A DNA stretch of 64,000 nucleotides from a virus (Duplodnaviria > Caudoviricetes). Each line of letters begins with the position of its first letter. Within the stretch, counting starts at the first letter, position 1. The stretch spans positions 64,001 to 128,000 of IMG/VR virus record IMGVR_UViG_3300032307_000764, one strand, 5' to 3'. The position numbers and the translations under genes are program-made. Below the pieces are notes generated by a model that saw only the letters and a list, made by a program, of their open reading frames with translations, was not told the DNA's origin and searched no databases. Below, piece after piece: positions 11,601 through 19,846 of the stretch.

Positions 11601-12420
11601 TGGCGGAGTTTCAGGAACCGAAGCATATGATATAGAAAGTGATTCGGACGAGAATGTTTATATTACTGGATCATTTGCAGGAGCAGCTTATTTCTCACCG
11701 GATACTGTGTATTCTAGAGGAGGCGATGATATCTATTTAACTAAATTTAATAAGGATGGAACTATTGTAGATATAGTTACTGCCGGAGGTATTAATAATG
11801 ATAGGGGAGCAGATCTTGTATTAGACAAGGATGAGAATCTTTATTTAACGGGATATTTCGAGGGCCAAGCAGAATTTTCTCCTTATTTAGTTTTATCTCC
11901 TCCTGGAACAAGCCTTGATGCTTTCCTTGGAAAAATACCTAAGGAGAGATTTAAAGAAGGACTTAAAATAGGAGCTATACAATCTTGGTCGGGGTCTCAT
12001 TCCTGGTCGTGGAAAGAAGATAGATTTTATGAAAGAGAATTTGAAATTCCATTAGCTTCTACAATTTTTATCAATCCTATAGATTCTTTAATACCTGGTA
12101 AGAAAGATCATATTTGGACTTTAACTGATACTGAAAGCGGGGAGGTGATTGTGAAGATTAGAAAGACACCTTATTTTATATGGACGTTTACTAATCCTGG
12201 ATTCTATACAATAAGCTGTCAGTTACAAGATGCTAACGGAAATCTATATGACGTAACTCACGATGGTAAAATAAGAGTAATAGATCATAAGGAACCTTTT
12301 GCAGGAGATTTAACACCAGAAATAGTTAATCCTGATGACTTCTTAAAAAGATCAATATACTATGATCGAAAAGAAATGGGGTTTCCCCCATTATCTAAAT
12401 TCGATATAGGAATGCCTTAA
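5629..12420 (+). CDS. Giant (2263 aa) baseplate/adhesion protein: gp7-like N-terminus, Reg_prop-type and SBBP-type beta-propellers, PKD-like C-terminus
   Basis: YLGSYKSLFNAIKFFGYYDLRIKEYW (gp7/P2-I-like); NSGLPINDVFSITIDKLGHKWIGTSAGL repeats; DSDENVYITGSFAG...DIYLTKFNKDG repeats; FIWTFTNPGFYTISCQLQD. Confidence 0.65.
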   Translation: MTTQNLLFFDKKGDQYNFAWNGDYWEGSVLFPIVSEKLFEVENIFVIEKFLNNLSEVEYGFPHADGISPGSPVWRTRWESDYDDKIDVSSIIYTYELGIDSNLDSPVLVKATNVEFYPEVVPGDTISSPSGLVVSSDITSSSMQINIALNSDSEGIYDRTLIFEDYTDPNNPVTILRVSFHGEVEGEDGRLSVLLDNFGRTFNVSDSFIVRETDIKEELPNYEIINNKRKELLLTGESIFPYLGSYKSLFNAIKFFGYYDLRIKEYWLNVHVDSADVLTPLQQNNKILNQLGKTNLEGQNSLELISSLLKDENEGKFKQVEIYGKKSDGTFGLKKQFEEIFPSKSYKKTALFGLFYDINREVEGQDEDQYGYPIVEDAFAFSPEEVLIKLFGLKERLKRDYLPLNARIVDITGEGIYFNIYKTRGWVDQLGIDEVKSGIEVDFTVTPQIGYIEDLRPFYTKPNQSGLLYPNINGTETGISFLGNTVDPYSYFQEYPVNSIPELEKAINNFYTNVSNGVLPKFLGDGDYDYPGYKLFSNGSDYVFPAGFPVVIKDNTFDLSWEEVSGSWTSLDTTITTTNLDIASYTSTVADNPGTPLQTVNSTSTITLSNSFPQSITINIGIGNDWFDPTSTEVIFVRVESIASPGNLLLGYSTSVDYNTGTGNLTIQVINTRGSGEYSNWNVTPTNLTFNPYTFQYFENYIHSGGFYSWDRLPYLDFYEIEWTISKDDDRPYYFQIRGQLPELDTLPHFLPYSGIYNVQCRVWDTLNSISLGIKKNVINVSKREIELNTITRFRESETYDWNNSLLKWDSYPSQWLFPVENTDTVKNISDFIQNFPEYSNNHEEGQNCEVLTHLPEVKATVTFDMGVTSTPISSIVSVPVGGGYSLAVVTTSSNHGLTSGETVWIYDSSGAPYGIFPITVLSSNTFEIPQLVMTAITGGEVYGSGTVKVIADGLEIANCSFQGDINSTTSLVYSTINSSPLNPKYKVITLVDSVTNIGQKTFTIQAPNNSGSTWNGKSLVLQTTGSITTSSSNILFSGGLNERDEYLNYDFGSLPKPEMKYWGTKKLAWDTFEDFEFAKAYAHTWDMLDYHNDWLGGFDLYSLQYGDIIKVSQQTPGIVMQETDSPANNYLDLSEAADQLNNSVDENIKRFDYIVRGYSELPNNFYPNQNPISPDLNTNPGPKNITSTFYKIPTYSPITFYPTSVGWDGDGDIWVTGEDVVKFDGLNFTNYDSSNSIMPGVGLQTNTIKIDRNDVKWIGIENTMTPLVQLNDLQPTLSKSYSVTDFIDNGGNAVCPPINSSIKVIEINSQSGDIFAAFVSVSSPSYDGLLFYDSHAKSWHLYTVANSDLPSDDITDLKLEFYDINKWYLWIGTSAGVSRFDGVRFKNYNSTNSGLPINDVFSITIDKLGHKWIGTSAGLVYWDKIRWTVWDHITNPELISGRIANIVDTGNSNIWFTVDPTSSPRGDAQLYFFDGYYFTLVSYRNDGTTLIKPDGSYYGKTMLSAPWKTIKNGETTFPKNLIFLTDDGEIGKLDYVIPHIHATSKFPGTNGWDFVYHQTTIPLPAIEYFKDAPEEYSLLGYNMVVGPMVDNITLNSDYTRPIMPSVDRYSWSKPNWQRYNVNYLKDQFPSLNLDNVFLYAPLRDILSGKATYENYWRNSQVERIAQKKSRDLFQNFEWVITLGNSDPDQGIKVTVDLEGDVVTIGDFNGTIFMGEVNNIGSQDVYLTTAEQGVYVAKYNKGGVLQWARAITSTVIQGPIYARSVITDAYSNIYVVSDNSLTGFIEINKYDSDGVLLNTINLPVTPNQFIGDIKVDQYENLFICGSFEGTLTLGSVVLDSPSQSVGYLAKLDSTLTFIWAKKLSDADASQANELAVLKDGYLYLTGTFNGDLDLDPITLTTTSTADMFIGKFNTADGTCIWGESFAGTSLTEFKFPSICVDPKGHVLVTGSFQGTMEIENESITSFVGSGIFDVFVLKLLSTGKLIWLKMCGGVSGTEAYDIESDSDENVYITGSFAGAAYFSPDTVYSRGGDDIYLTKFNKDGTIVDIVTAGGINNDRGADLVLDKDENLYLTGYFEGQAEFSPYLVLSPPGTSLDAFLGKIPKERFKEGLKIGAIQSWSGSHSWSWKEDRFYEREFEIPLASTIFINPIDSLIPGKKDHIWTLTDTESGEVIVKIRKTPYFIWTFTNPGFYTISCQLQDANGNLYDVTHDGKIRVIDHKEPFAGDLTPEIVNPDDFLKRSIYYDRKEMGFPPLSKFDIGMP

Positions 12421-13088
12421 GTGGTATATTCCCTATAAACATCTAATATCTCAGGTACAATAGGATGCCTGTGATTTTTCTTTAAGCAAATAACTTTAAC
12501 TCCAGGAATTCTAGCAGCAATGGTATTCATGAAATCTAGACCAGATTCTTTTTTGTTTTTTAAATCTATCTGCGAAGTGTCTCCACAAATCATAATTTTA
12601 GATCCAATTCCTAGTCTTCCTAGAACCATTTCCATTTGGCTCATAGTTACGTTTTGTGCTTCGTCTACGATAACACAAGAATTAACTAATGTTCTCCCTC
12701 TCATGAAAGGAAAAGGCAATATTTCTATAATACCCTCTGATAATAATTTTTCAATCTTTGTTTTGTCATAGATCATTTCAAGATTGGAATAAATCGGAGC
12801 TAACCAAGGATCCATTTTTTCTTTCAAATCCCCGGGTAGAAACCCAATATCTTCTTTTGCCACTGTGGGTCTTGTGATTACCAATTTTTCAATTTCCCTG
12901 TTAAATAACATGTCTAAAGCTATTTGTACTGCTAGTAACGTTTTACCAGATCCAGCAGCTCCCTTAAGCACATTAACTGGATTTTCCAGAATAATAGCTT
13001 TAGCTTCTTTTTGTTCTTCGTTCAGGTTGATTTTAAATTTGATAGGATTTTTTGGCTTTCTTTTTTGTGTCCAATTGTTTTCGGTCAT
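12417..13088 (-). CDS. phoH: PhoH-family ATPase
   Basis: GAAGSGKT Walker A, ITRP, GFLPGDLKEKMDPW, MRGRTL, VDEAQN, GDTSQID, HRHP. Confidence 0.95.
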   Translation of the reverse strand: MTENNWTQKRKPKNPIKFKINLNEEQKEAKAIILENPVNVLKGAAGSGKTLLAVQIALDMLFNREIEKLVITRPTVAKEDIGFLPGDLKEKMDPWLAPIYSNLEMIYDKTKIEKLLSEGIIEILPFPFMRGRTLVNSCVIVDEAQNVTMSQMEMVLGRLGIGSKIMICGDTSQIDLKNKKESGLDFMNTIAARIPGVKVICLKKNHRHPIVPEILDVYREYTT

Positions 13089-13105
13089 AAGATTCTTTTT
13101 TTTTC

Positions 13106-13126
13106 GGAAACATATTCGATGTTTCC
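13106..13126. other. Stem-loop in the divergent intergenic region upstream of phoH
   Basis: GGAAACAT-ATTCG-ATGTTTCC, perfect 8-bp stem. Confidence 0.5.
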
Positions 13127-13170
13127 CAGTTTAATAAATATCCTGTCTTTTCCTATTGTAATAAATACAG

Positions 13171-13178
13171 GATATATA
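13171..13178 (+). promoter_or_regulatory. Putative late promoter GATATATA
   Basis: 19 nt upstream of ATG 13198; overlaps the ATATCCTGT/ACAGGATAT inverted repeat. Confidence 0.55.
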
Positions 13179-13197
13179 TCAAAAAAAGAAAATTCAA

Positions 13198-14115
13198 ATG
13201 GCAATCACAATTACAGAAATTCTTGGAACAGATTCGATATCAGGATCAAGACTAACTATTAATGCTAACTTTTTACTTCTAGAGAACGCTTATAATGATT
13301 TAGAAGACACGTTTAATATTAACGTGTTGACAGGATCGATGGACGTATCAAGTGCATCTAGTGGACAGATCAAAGCTAAATCTCTACTTGCTAATAGTTT
13401 AGTCATGCCTTCTTCAGGTTCACCAACTATACAAGTTTATGGAACTGGTGCTAGTGCAGGATTTATGATAGCTTCTAGCACTGTAGCTTCAGCTACTGGT
13501 ATCTTCTCTAATACTTTACAAGTTAACTCAATGTCAGCTTCAGGAGCAGCAACTTTTGGTGCTACTGCTACTTTCTCTAGTTCATTAAACATAGACGGAA
13601 GAATGTCAATGGGTGCTTCTGGTAATTTTGTTAATACCAACAGAAAAGCAACAGTAGGATCTACTACAGCTTTTCCTTCTGCTCCTGGAGCAGGTGTAAC
13701 TGGAACTTATTCATCTCCTTACCAATTAACTCTAACTGAAAATGTTATTTATATACAATCTGATTATGTTTCGAGTGCGCCAGCCGATTCTACTAATGCT
13801 ACAGGATTTTTCTTTTATGCTACAACAGGTGCTGGAGCAACTGCTTCTGATATCCCTGCAGGTTATACCGTAACCCTAATTGACACAGCTACCACTGCAG
13901 GATCAATTACTACAGGAGTTACTGGACCTTCGCCTTATTATTATACTGGATTTTCAACTGGTGACGCATCTTATACGGATCCTATTATACAAACATCCGG
14001 AAATCCTTATAAAACATCGCTTACTCTTATGTGGGAGCCAAGAATAGATCAAACAGGATCTATACAAAAGGGATCTTGGGTGGTTGTTAACTCTACTCAA
14101 GGCTTCACATTCTAA
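13198..14115 (+). CDS. Virion structural protein (short fibre-like, Ser/Thr/Ala/Gly-rich)
   Basis: N-terminal MAITITEILGTDSISGSRLTINANF fibre-attachment-like module; low-complexity beta-rich body; structural context. Confidence 0.55.
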   Translation: MAITITEILGTDSISGSRLTINANFLLLENAYNDLEDTFNINVLTGSMDVSSASSGQIKAKSLLANSLVMPSSGSPTIQVYGTGASAGFMIASSTVASATGIFSNTLQVNSMSASGAATFGATATFSSSLNIDGRMSMGASGNFVNTNRKATVGSTTAFPSAPGAGVTGTYSSPYQLTLTENVIYIQSDYVSSAPADSTNATGFFFYATTGAGATASDIPAGYTVTLIDTATTAGSITTGVTGPSPYYYTGFSTGDASYTDPIIQTSGNPYKTSLTLMWEPRIDQTGSIQKGSWVVVNSTQGFTF

Positions 14116-14131
14116 TAAAGAAAATTAATCA

Positions 14132-16315
14132 ATGGCAAAAACACCGTTCATAAGACCGATAGCAGTACAAGGAGGTACATTTTATACCTTCTCTTCTGCT
14201 GCAGAGGATCTAACTTTAACTTTTAATAATTCATTAAAAAAGTTTACTTTCTCTAAGTATGCTCTTTTAAAATTACCAGAGTTTGGTAGTCCGACTTACG
14301 GAGAAAATACTTTACAATTTAATGCCATAGATACTACATTTATCGATGCTGCAGATGGTGATTTTATTTTGTCTAATCCTAATAATTTAAGTCCTTCTCC
14401 AGAAATATCTTTCCAGAACTACTGCTTAAATTTAGAATCGACAATAATATCTGATCCTAATTATAATCCAGAATTAAAAAGAAATGTATCTGAGAGGGTA
14501 TTTTGGAAATGGGTAAAGGAATTAGGAGGCGTTAGATACAGATCTGCAAATACAAATGAGGTAGTTGCATCTTTAAATCAAACCACTACAACAACTGTTA
14601 ACGGATATCCTTATTCTGATAAGAGATGGGTAGAGGAAGACACTTTACTAACAGGTAACGGAACACCTACACCAAGATACGAAAGAATAGTACAGTATAT
14701 AGGAGATATAGATGTTGTTAACTCTGTACAGAATCAGGCTAATGCTTATTCTGAGGTTTATATACATGTACCAACTTCCGATGGAGCAACCCCGTATGTT
14801 TTATTTAAGACTGTTGCGGACGAAAATTATTATCCAGACAGAACATGGACACATAACCCTCCAGACCCAACAGATACTGAATACATTCAAGGTAGAGACG
14901 CAGCAAGCGGTTTATACGGACCTAACGGTCTACCTAAACTTGCTATATTTGACCAGGATGTTTTAGGAGATCCTGGAGTTAGTGGATCTTCTGCTACTGG
15001 ATCATTTAGTAATAACTGGTATTCCCCGAGGGACGAAGCAAATTCTTATTTTAGTGATCCTTCTTTCTTTGATGGTACTAACTACGAATTAGAAAAATAT
15101 TTATCAGCTTCCGGTCCTGCAGGATATTCAGTAACGTATAAAAGAAGTAACCTTGACGGGGTTCAGATAGATTTCGATCCTAGCTCTTATAAAGCTATAC
15201 AGAGCTATGTAGGTATATCAACTATAGAAGAATGGAACGGTACACCTACAACAACTTCATTCGAATTTAATGCAGTTCTTGTTTATTATAATGTTTACGA
15301 TCCGAATAACCCTACAGATTATGAAACTAATCTTTATGGAATTTTATTCTTAAATGATCCTGAACCAGTATCAACAAATGCTTCTAAATTACCTTCTTTT
15401 AAGAAATTTAAGCCAGATCCAATTACCAAATTAAATGGTAATTCATACGGATTTAAAATAAATCTAAAGTTTGATACTGACGTAGAAAGTACGGGGGTTG
15501 AACAGGCTATTAATGACTATTCTTCTTTCTCTCTTTCTATATTTATGGACGCAGCAACAGTTTTACAAGATGCTGCTAAAAACTTAAATGATAGAACATT
15601 GGAGATTATAAATCTCCAGGATCAAATAAATGCTTTAACAGATCTTGTTATTAATACCGAAGATAGTTCGGAAATAAAATCAAGATTAACGGTAGTTGAA
15701 GATTCTTTACAAGCTAATCAGGCGTTATTTGATAACACACAGGATATTCTAAGTTTAATAGAAAAGAATAGTGATGATATTAACGATATTTTACAAAATC
15801 AAACATCGGTTCAAATGTCTTACAACCTTGATCTTTTAAAAGACGGGGACGGTACAGCTGTTGATAGAACTACTCCTAATATTTTAAGAGTTGATGTAAC
15901 TCAGCAAGATTATAACATATCTCAAAATTCAGTATTTACTATAAATCCGGTAGCGGGAAATACATTGCCACTTGTTCTTTATACTAATTATTTAAAACAC
16001 AAGAACAACGGTATTTCTATTACTGCTAATAACGATATAGTTATTAAGATTGATGATAGCTTAAATAAATGGAAAAAAGGACAGGTTTTAAGATTAGTTA
16101 TAGGTGATGATATAGATCTTGGGAATTATTCTCTTGTAGTTTTAACAGATGCTCTTGGAGTATATCCTACTGGAACCCCTTCAGGAGTACCATACTCAAC
16201 TGTAGTTGCTGGATTTGTTAATTCACAATTCTCTAGCTCTTCGTATAAGCCTATCTTTGATATAGTTTGTATCGATGATGTCAATTTAACTTTTGAAGTA
16301 GACCAAATAAAATAA
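14132..16315 (+). CDS. Virion structural protein (tail/baseplate-associated) with coiled-coil segment
   Basis: 727 aa in the structural operon; coiled coil LEIINLQDQINALTDL...; no enzymatic motif seen. Confidence 0.5.
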   Translation: MAKTPFIRPIAVQGGTFYTFSSAAEDLTLTFNNSLKKFTFSKYALLKLPEFGSPTYGENTLQFNAIDTTFIDAADGDFILSNPNNLSPSPEISFQNYCLNLESTIISDPNYNPELKRNVSERVFWKWVKELGGVRYRSANTNEVVASLNQTTTTTVNGYPYSDKRWVEEDTLLTGNGTPTPRYERIVQYIGDIDVVNSVQNQANAYSEVYIHVPTSDGATPYVLFKTVADENYYPDRTWTHNPPDPTDTEYIQGRDAASGLYGPNGLPKLAIFDQDVLGDPGVSGSSATGSFSNNWYSPRDEANSYFSDPSFFDGTNYELEKYLSASGPAGYSVTYKRSNLDGVQIDFDPSSYKAIQSYVGISTIEEWNGTPTTTSFEFNAVLVYYNVYDPNNPTDYETNLYGILFLNDPEPVSTNASKLPSFKKFKPDPITKLNGNSYGFKINLKFDTDVESTGVEQAINDYSSFSLSIFMDAATVLQDAAKNLNDRTLEIINLQDQINALTDLVINTEDSSEIKSRLTVVEDSLQANQALFDNTQDILSLIEKNSDDINDILQNQTSVQMSYNLDLLKDGDGTAVDRTTPNILRVDVTQQDYNISQNSVFTINPVAGNTLPLVLYTNYLKHKNNGISITANNDIVIKIDDSLNKWKKGQVLRLVIGDDIDLGNYSLVVLTDALGVYPTGTPSGVPYSTVVAGFVNSQFSSSSYKPIFDIVCIDDVNLTFEVDQIK

Positions 16316-16321
16316 GATAAA

Positions 16322-19300
16322 ATGTCAGGTACAAAAAATTCATTCTCATCTTTAATAGCTCAATTTCTAAGAATTCAGAAGAATTCTATGGAAATAGTTA
16401 ATAAGCTAAATGAGGTAACGACATCTTCTAAAGATTCTGTAGAGATAGAATTCTTGATGGACGATAACACGTCACAAAACATTCAAGTTCCATCGTACGG
16501 ATTTTTAAAATCGGAGATCAATAGATTAGATCAAAATGTCCAGGCATTATCTGGTTTGGAGAACAATACAGCAAATATTAGAAAATCCGATGGTACTGTT
16601 GCTAAAATTTATCAAGCAACCGTATTAAAAGATCCTGCATCTCCTACAAGCTTACAGGTTCCTTCAACTTTTCAAGCTAGAAATAATTGGTTCTTCGAAT
16701 CTTTTTTAAATCCTTTACTTTACATCTCTATAGATGTTGAGAATCAAATACCTGCAAATGCAGAGAAGGTTTTTGTTAAAAGAATAATAGCAAATACTCA
16801 ATCTGATGTACAGAAACAATATTTTGATAACAATTTAAAAGGAAGAAACGATTTAAGTGATAGTGACTTTATAGCAGCTTTAGAAAGTCAAGGTATCCAA
16901 TACTTTACTGACGAGCAAATAAACGATCTAGAGCTAAGAACAATACGTTATACTGGATCATTTGGGGTTCTTAATATATTCGATGAGGAAACACAAACTA
17001 CTGAGAATGGAATCACTACAACTAATACAATAAGAAAGTATAAATTAAATACTTTAAGATATACTGATACCCTTGCAAACACGGCTAATTCGAGAACTCT
17101 TACTAAAGGTGATACTTTAATTACTTCTGGAGGTACTAAATATGAAATCAGTTCTATTGACTCCACCTCTCAAACGGTTGTATTAAAAAGATTGTTTGGC
17201 TTTGATGCTATACAAATAGGAAGCAATTCACTGACAATTTATTCTAACGTATTATCTGATAGAACTGTCGATGTTAATGTCGGATATGACGAAAGAGAAG
17301 CTATTTTTATTAAATCTATCGATGCTGATTTTAACGTAGCTTCTAGTAGTTATAGTCCAGGTGTTTGCTTTTGGTCTAATGAATTACAGATAAACACATC
17401 AGATGGTGTCAAAACACTGGATTCTTTTTATAAATCACAGGTCTCTGACTTTGGTAAAATATTTATAGCTTCTGCAAAAGAAAATGTGATACCTGCTGTT
17501 TACGGACAAACACCGAGTGCACCTTCTGTTTCAGCATCAAACTTTAAGGTAGTTAAGATCAATTCACAGATTACTGATTCTAAAGAAAACGGGGAATTTA
17601 AGAATAAGATACAAGTTAAGACCTCTATTAAGAATGAGATCTCATCTATAGATAAAGCTATAGATCAGACGAGAAAACAACTTAACGAATTAACAACTAA
17701 ATCCACTGCTAAAACTCCCACAGCTGAGTTTAAAAAGCTAAATGATAAGTTAGTATCACTCACTAAAGATAAAGCAAATAGAACTGATCTTTTAGCTACT
17801 ACGATTACTGACATCAATAATTTAACAGTAACAACTCCGGAATTAACTCAGGCACCTATTTATAGGGTCAGAGGTTTTTGGCCTATTCCTGCACCTATCG
17901 TTGATCCTAAAACGGGAGAACAAAACATTGTACAATTTAATGTTAGATATAGATATCTTTCGTTAACTGGTAATTCTACTGGAACAACTCAGATAGATTA
18001 TATTGACAATGACGGTGTTCAAAAACCTGGTCAATTTACAAACTGGACTCAATTTGTAACTGATTTAAGAAAGAAAGAATATGATCCTAATACTGGAACA
18101 TACATTTGGAAGATAGAAGATGTTAGTGATGCTAACACTGTTAACATTAACCAATTGGATATTCCAATTACTAAGGGCGAAAAAGTAGAAATCCAGGTAC
18201 AGTCTATTTCGGAAGCTGGATGGCCAACTAACCCTTTAACTTCTGCATGGTCAACATCTGCAATTGTAGAATTTCCTGCAGATCTAAGTGTTCAGGTTGA
18301 TAACAGAGCTTACATTGCTCAAAACGAATCTGATAAAGCTTTAGTTCAAATCCAAGGTGATTTACAAGCTAAAGGATTGGATCAGCATTTATCTACCTCC
18401 TTTACCTCTGGAGACAAATATTATGCTCATACTACTTCCGCTATAGCATCAGGATTTTTCGATGCTTCAGGAACTGCTATAGATCTTTTCCAGAAATTAA
18501 CACAGATCGATAACGAATTACAGTCATTAAGAGCATTGGTTGCAAAAGCAAAAGGAACTTTAGGAGTTTATATAAGAAGCGGAAGCACAACAAACAAGAT
18601 AAATCCAGGAAGTACAGTAAATCTTTTTGCAGGATATTACGATCAGCTTATTGATTTATCAAATCCTAGTAACCAAGGAAAGATTGCTACTGTTATCTAT
18701 TATCTAGAATTAAGAAACGAAGCAGCTACTCCTTTAGAACTTTCATCACTAATTGCTGGGGGACAATCAGTTAAAGCCCCAACTACAATTAGTGGATTAA
18801 CTGATTATAACAATAACAGGAAGTACGGGGATACACCAATACAACTATCAGGTATAACTGCTGCTGCAGTTCCAGTAGGAACCCCAGCTACTCCAGGATC
18901 TTTTATACAGGCTTCAGGATATCAAAGTGCAAACGCATACTCGCAATTCATCTACCCTAGATACAAAAGTGTAGGACTAGATGAGGATCTATATTTTGAT
19001 CCACTAACGAGCGGTACTGGATGGAATATTTCGAACGGATCTTCTGTTAGCGGTGTTAATTATCCTATAAACCAATATGGTATTATTATGCCTTTTAATC
19101 CTTCAACAACTACTGTTACAGGATCAGGTCCTAATCCTAATATATGGAATGGGTCTTATTCGACATCTACACCTACTGGAAATGGAAATCTTAATGAATT
19201 CTGTATACACATTTCACACCCTGATATAAATGATTCGAATGGTAATACTTTCCCTGATTTAGAAACACCTAACGTTCTTTCGGGAGGGCCTATGAAGTAT

Positions 19301-19837
19301 CCTTCATTTAGACATGCTTTAGGATTTGAGGTAGATACTTCAATAACATCTTCGGTTACCACTAGCGGTCAAACTCTTTCTACACAGCAGCTAAAATATT
19401 ATGGACCTAATTCTACCAGTTCTTTTGGAACCGATGATAATGCTTACCCTAGTAAATTAGGTTTTATTGATTCTGACGAGTATTTATGCGGTAAATATTC
19501 TTGCGGATCTTACCTATTTTTATCTCCTACAGATCATTCTGCAATACAGATAGAGGGATCAACACAGCTTGCTAAGAAGACTCTGAATTTTGGACAGGAA
19601 AATGCGATTACTGTACCTTTAATTTTCCAAATGAGAGCTCAAGATAAACTTGGGTTTATTGGAGGTTGGAGAGCGGCAGGAAATCTTAAGAATATTACTT
19701 ACAGTAAAAAAGTGGGAATAGATATACAAGTTAGGAATGAGGATTTATTTTCATTTGACGTCCTTGTAACAGGAAGCTACACTAAAACATCTTTAGTTTC
19801 TCCTGCTTATTCGCAGACTGTAATAACTAATAAGTAA
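16322..19837 (+). CDS. Large virion structural protein (coiled coil plus FN3/Ig-like segments)
   Basis: 1171 aa; VRGFWPIPAP...VQFNVRYRYLS and VEIQVQSISEAGWP are beta-sandwich-like. Confidence 0.5.
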   Translation: MSGTKNSFSSLIAQFLRIQKNSMEIVNKLNEVTTSSKDSVEIEFLMDDNTSQNIQVPSYGFLKSEINRLDQNVQALSGLENNTANIRKSDGTVAKIYQATVLKDPASPTSLQVPSTFQARNNWFFESFLNPLLYISIDVENQIPANAEKVFVKRIIANTQSDVQKQYFDNNLKGRNDLSDSDFIAALESQGIQYFTDEQINDLELRTIRYTGSFGVLNIFDEETQTTENGITTTNTIRKYKLNTLRYTDTLANTANSRTLTKGDTLITSGGTKYEISSIDSTSQTVVLKRLFGFDAIQIGSNSLTIYSNVLSDRTVDVNVGYDEREAIFIKSIDADFNVASSSYSPGVCFWSNELQINTSDGVKTLDSFYKSQVSDFGKIFIASAKENVIPAVYGQTPSAPSVSASNFKVVKINSQITDSKENGEFKNKIQVKTSIKNEISSIDKAIDQTRKQLNELTTKSTAKTPTAEFKKLNDKLVSLTKDKANRTDLLATTITDINNLTVTTPELTQAPIYRVRGFWPIPAPIVDPKTGEQNIVQFNVRYRYLSLTGNSTGTTQIDYIDNDGVQKPGQFTNWTQFVTDLRKKEYDPNTGTYIWKIEDVSDANTVNINQLDIPITKGEKVEIQVQSISEAGWPTNPLTSAWSTSAIVEFPADLSVQVDNRAYIAQNESDKALVQIQGDLQAKGLDQHLSTSFTSGDKYYAHTTSAIASGFFDASGTAIDLFQKLTQIDNELQSLRALVAKAKGTLGVYIRSGSTTNKINPGSTVNLFAGYYDQLIDLSNPSNQGKIATVIYYLELRNEAATPLELSSLIAGGQSVKAPTTISGLTDYNNNRKYGDTPIQLSGITAAAVPVGTPATPGSFIQASGYQSANAYSQFIYPRYKSVGLDEDLYFDPLTSGTGWNISNGSSVSGVNYPINQYGIIMPFNPSTTTVTGSGPNPNIWNGSYSTSTPTGNGNLNEFCIHISHPDINDSNGNTFPDLETPNVLSGGPMKYPSFRHALGFEVDTSITSSVTTSGQTLSTQQLKYYGPNSTSSFGTDDNAYPSKLGFIDSDEYLCGKYSCGSYLFLSPTDHSAIQIEGSTQLAKKTLNFGQENAITVPLIFQMRAQDKLGFIGGWRAAGNLKNITYSKKVGIDIQVRNEDLFSFDVLVTGSYTKTSLVSPAYSQTVITNK

Positions 19838-19846
19838 AATTGAAAA

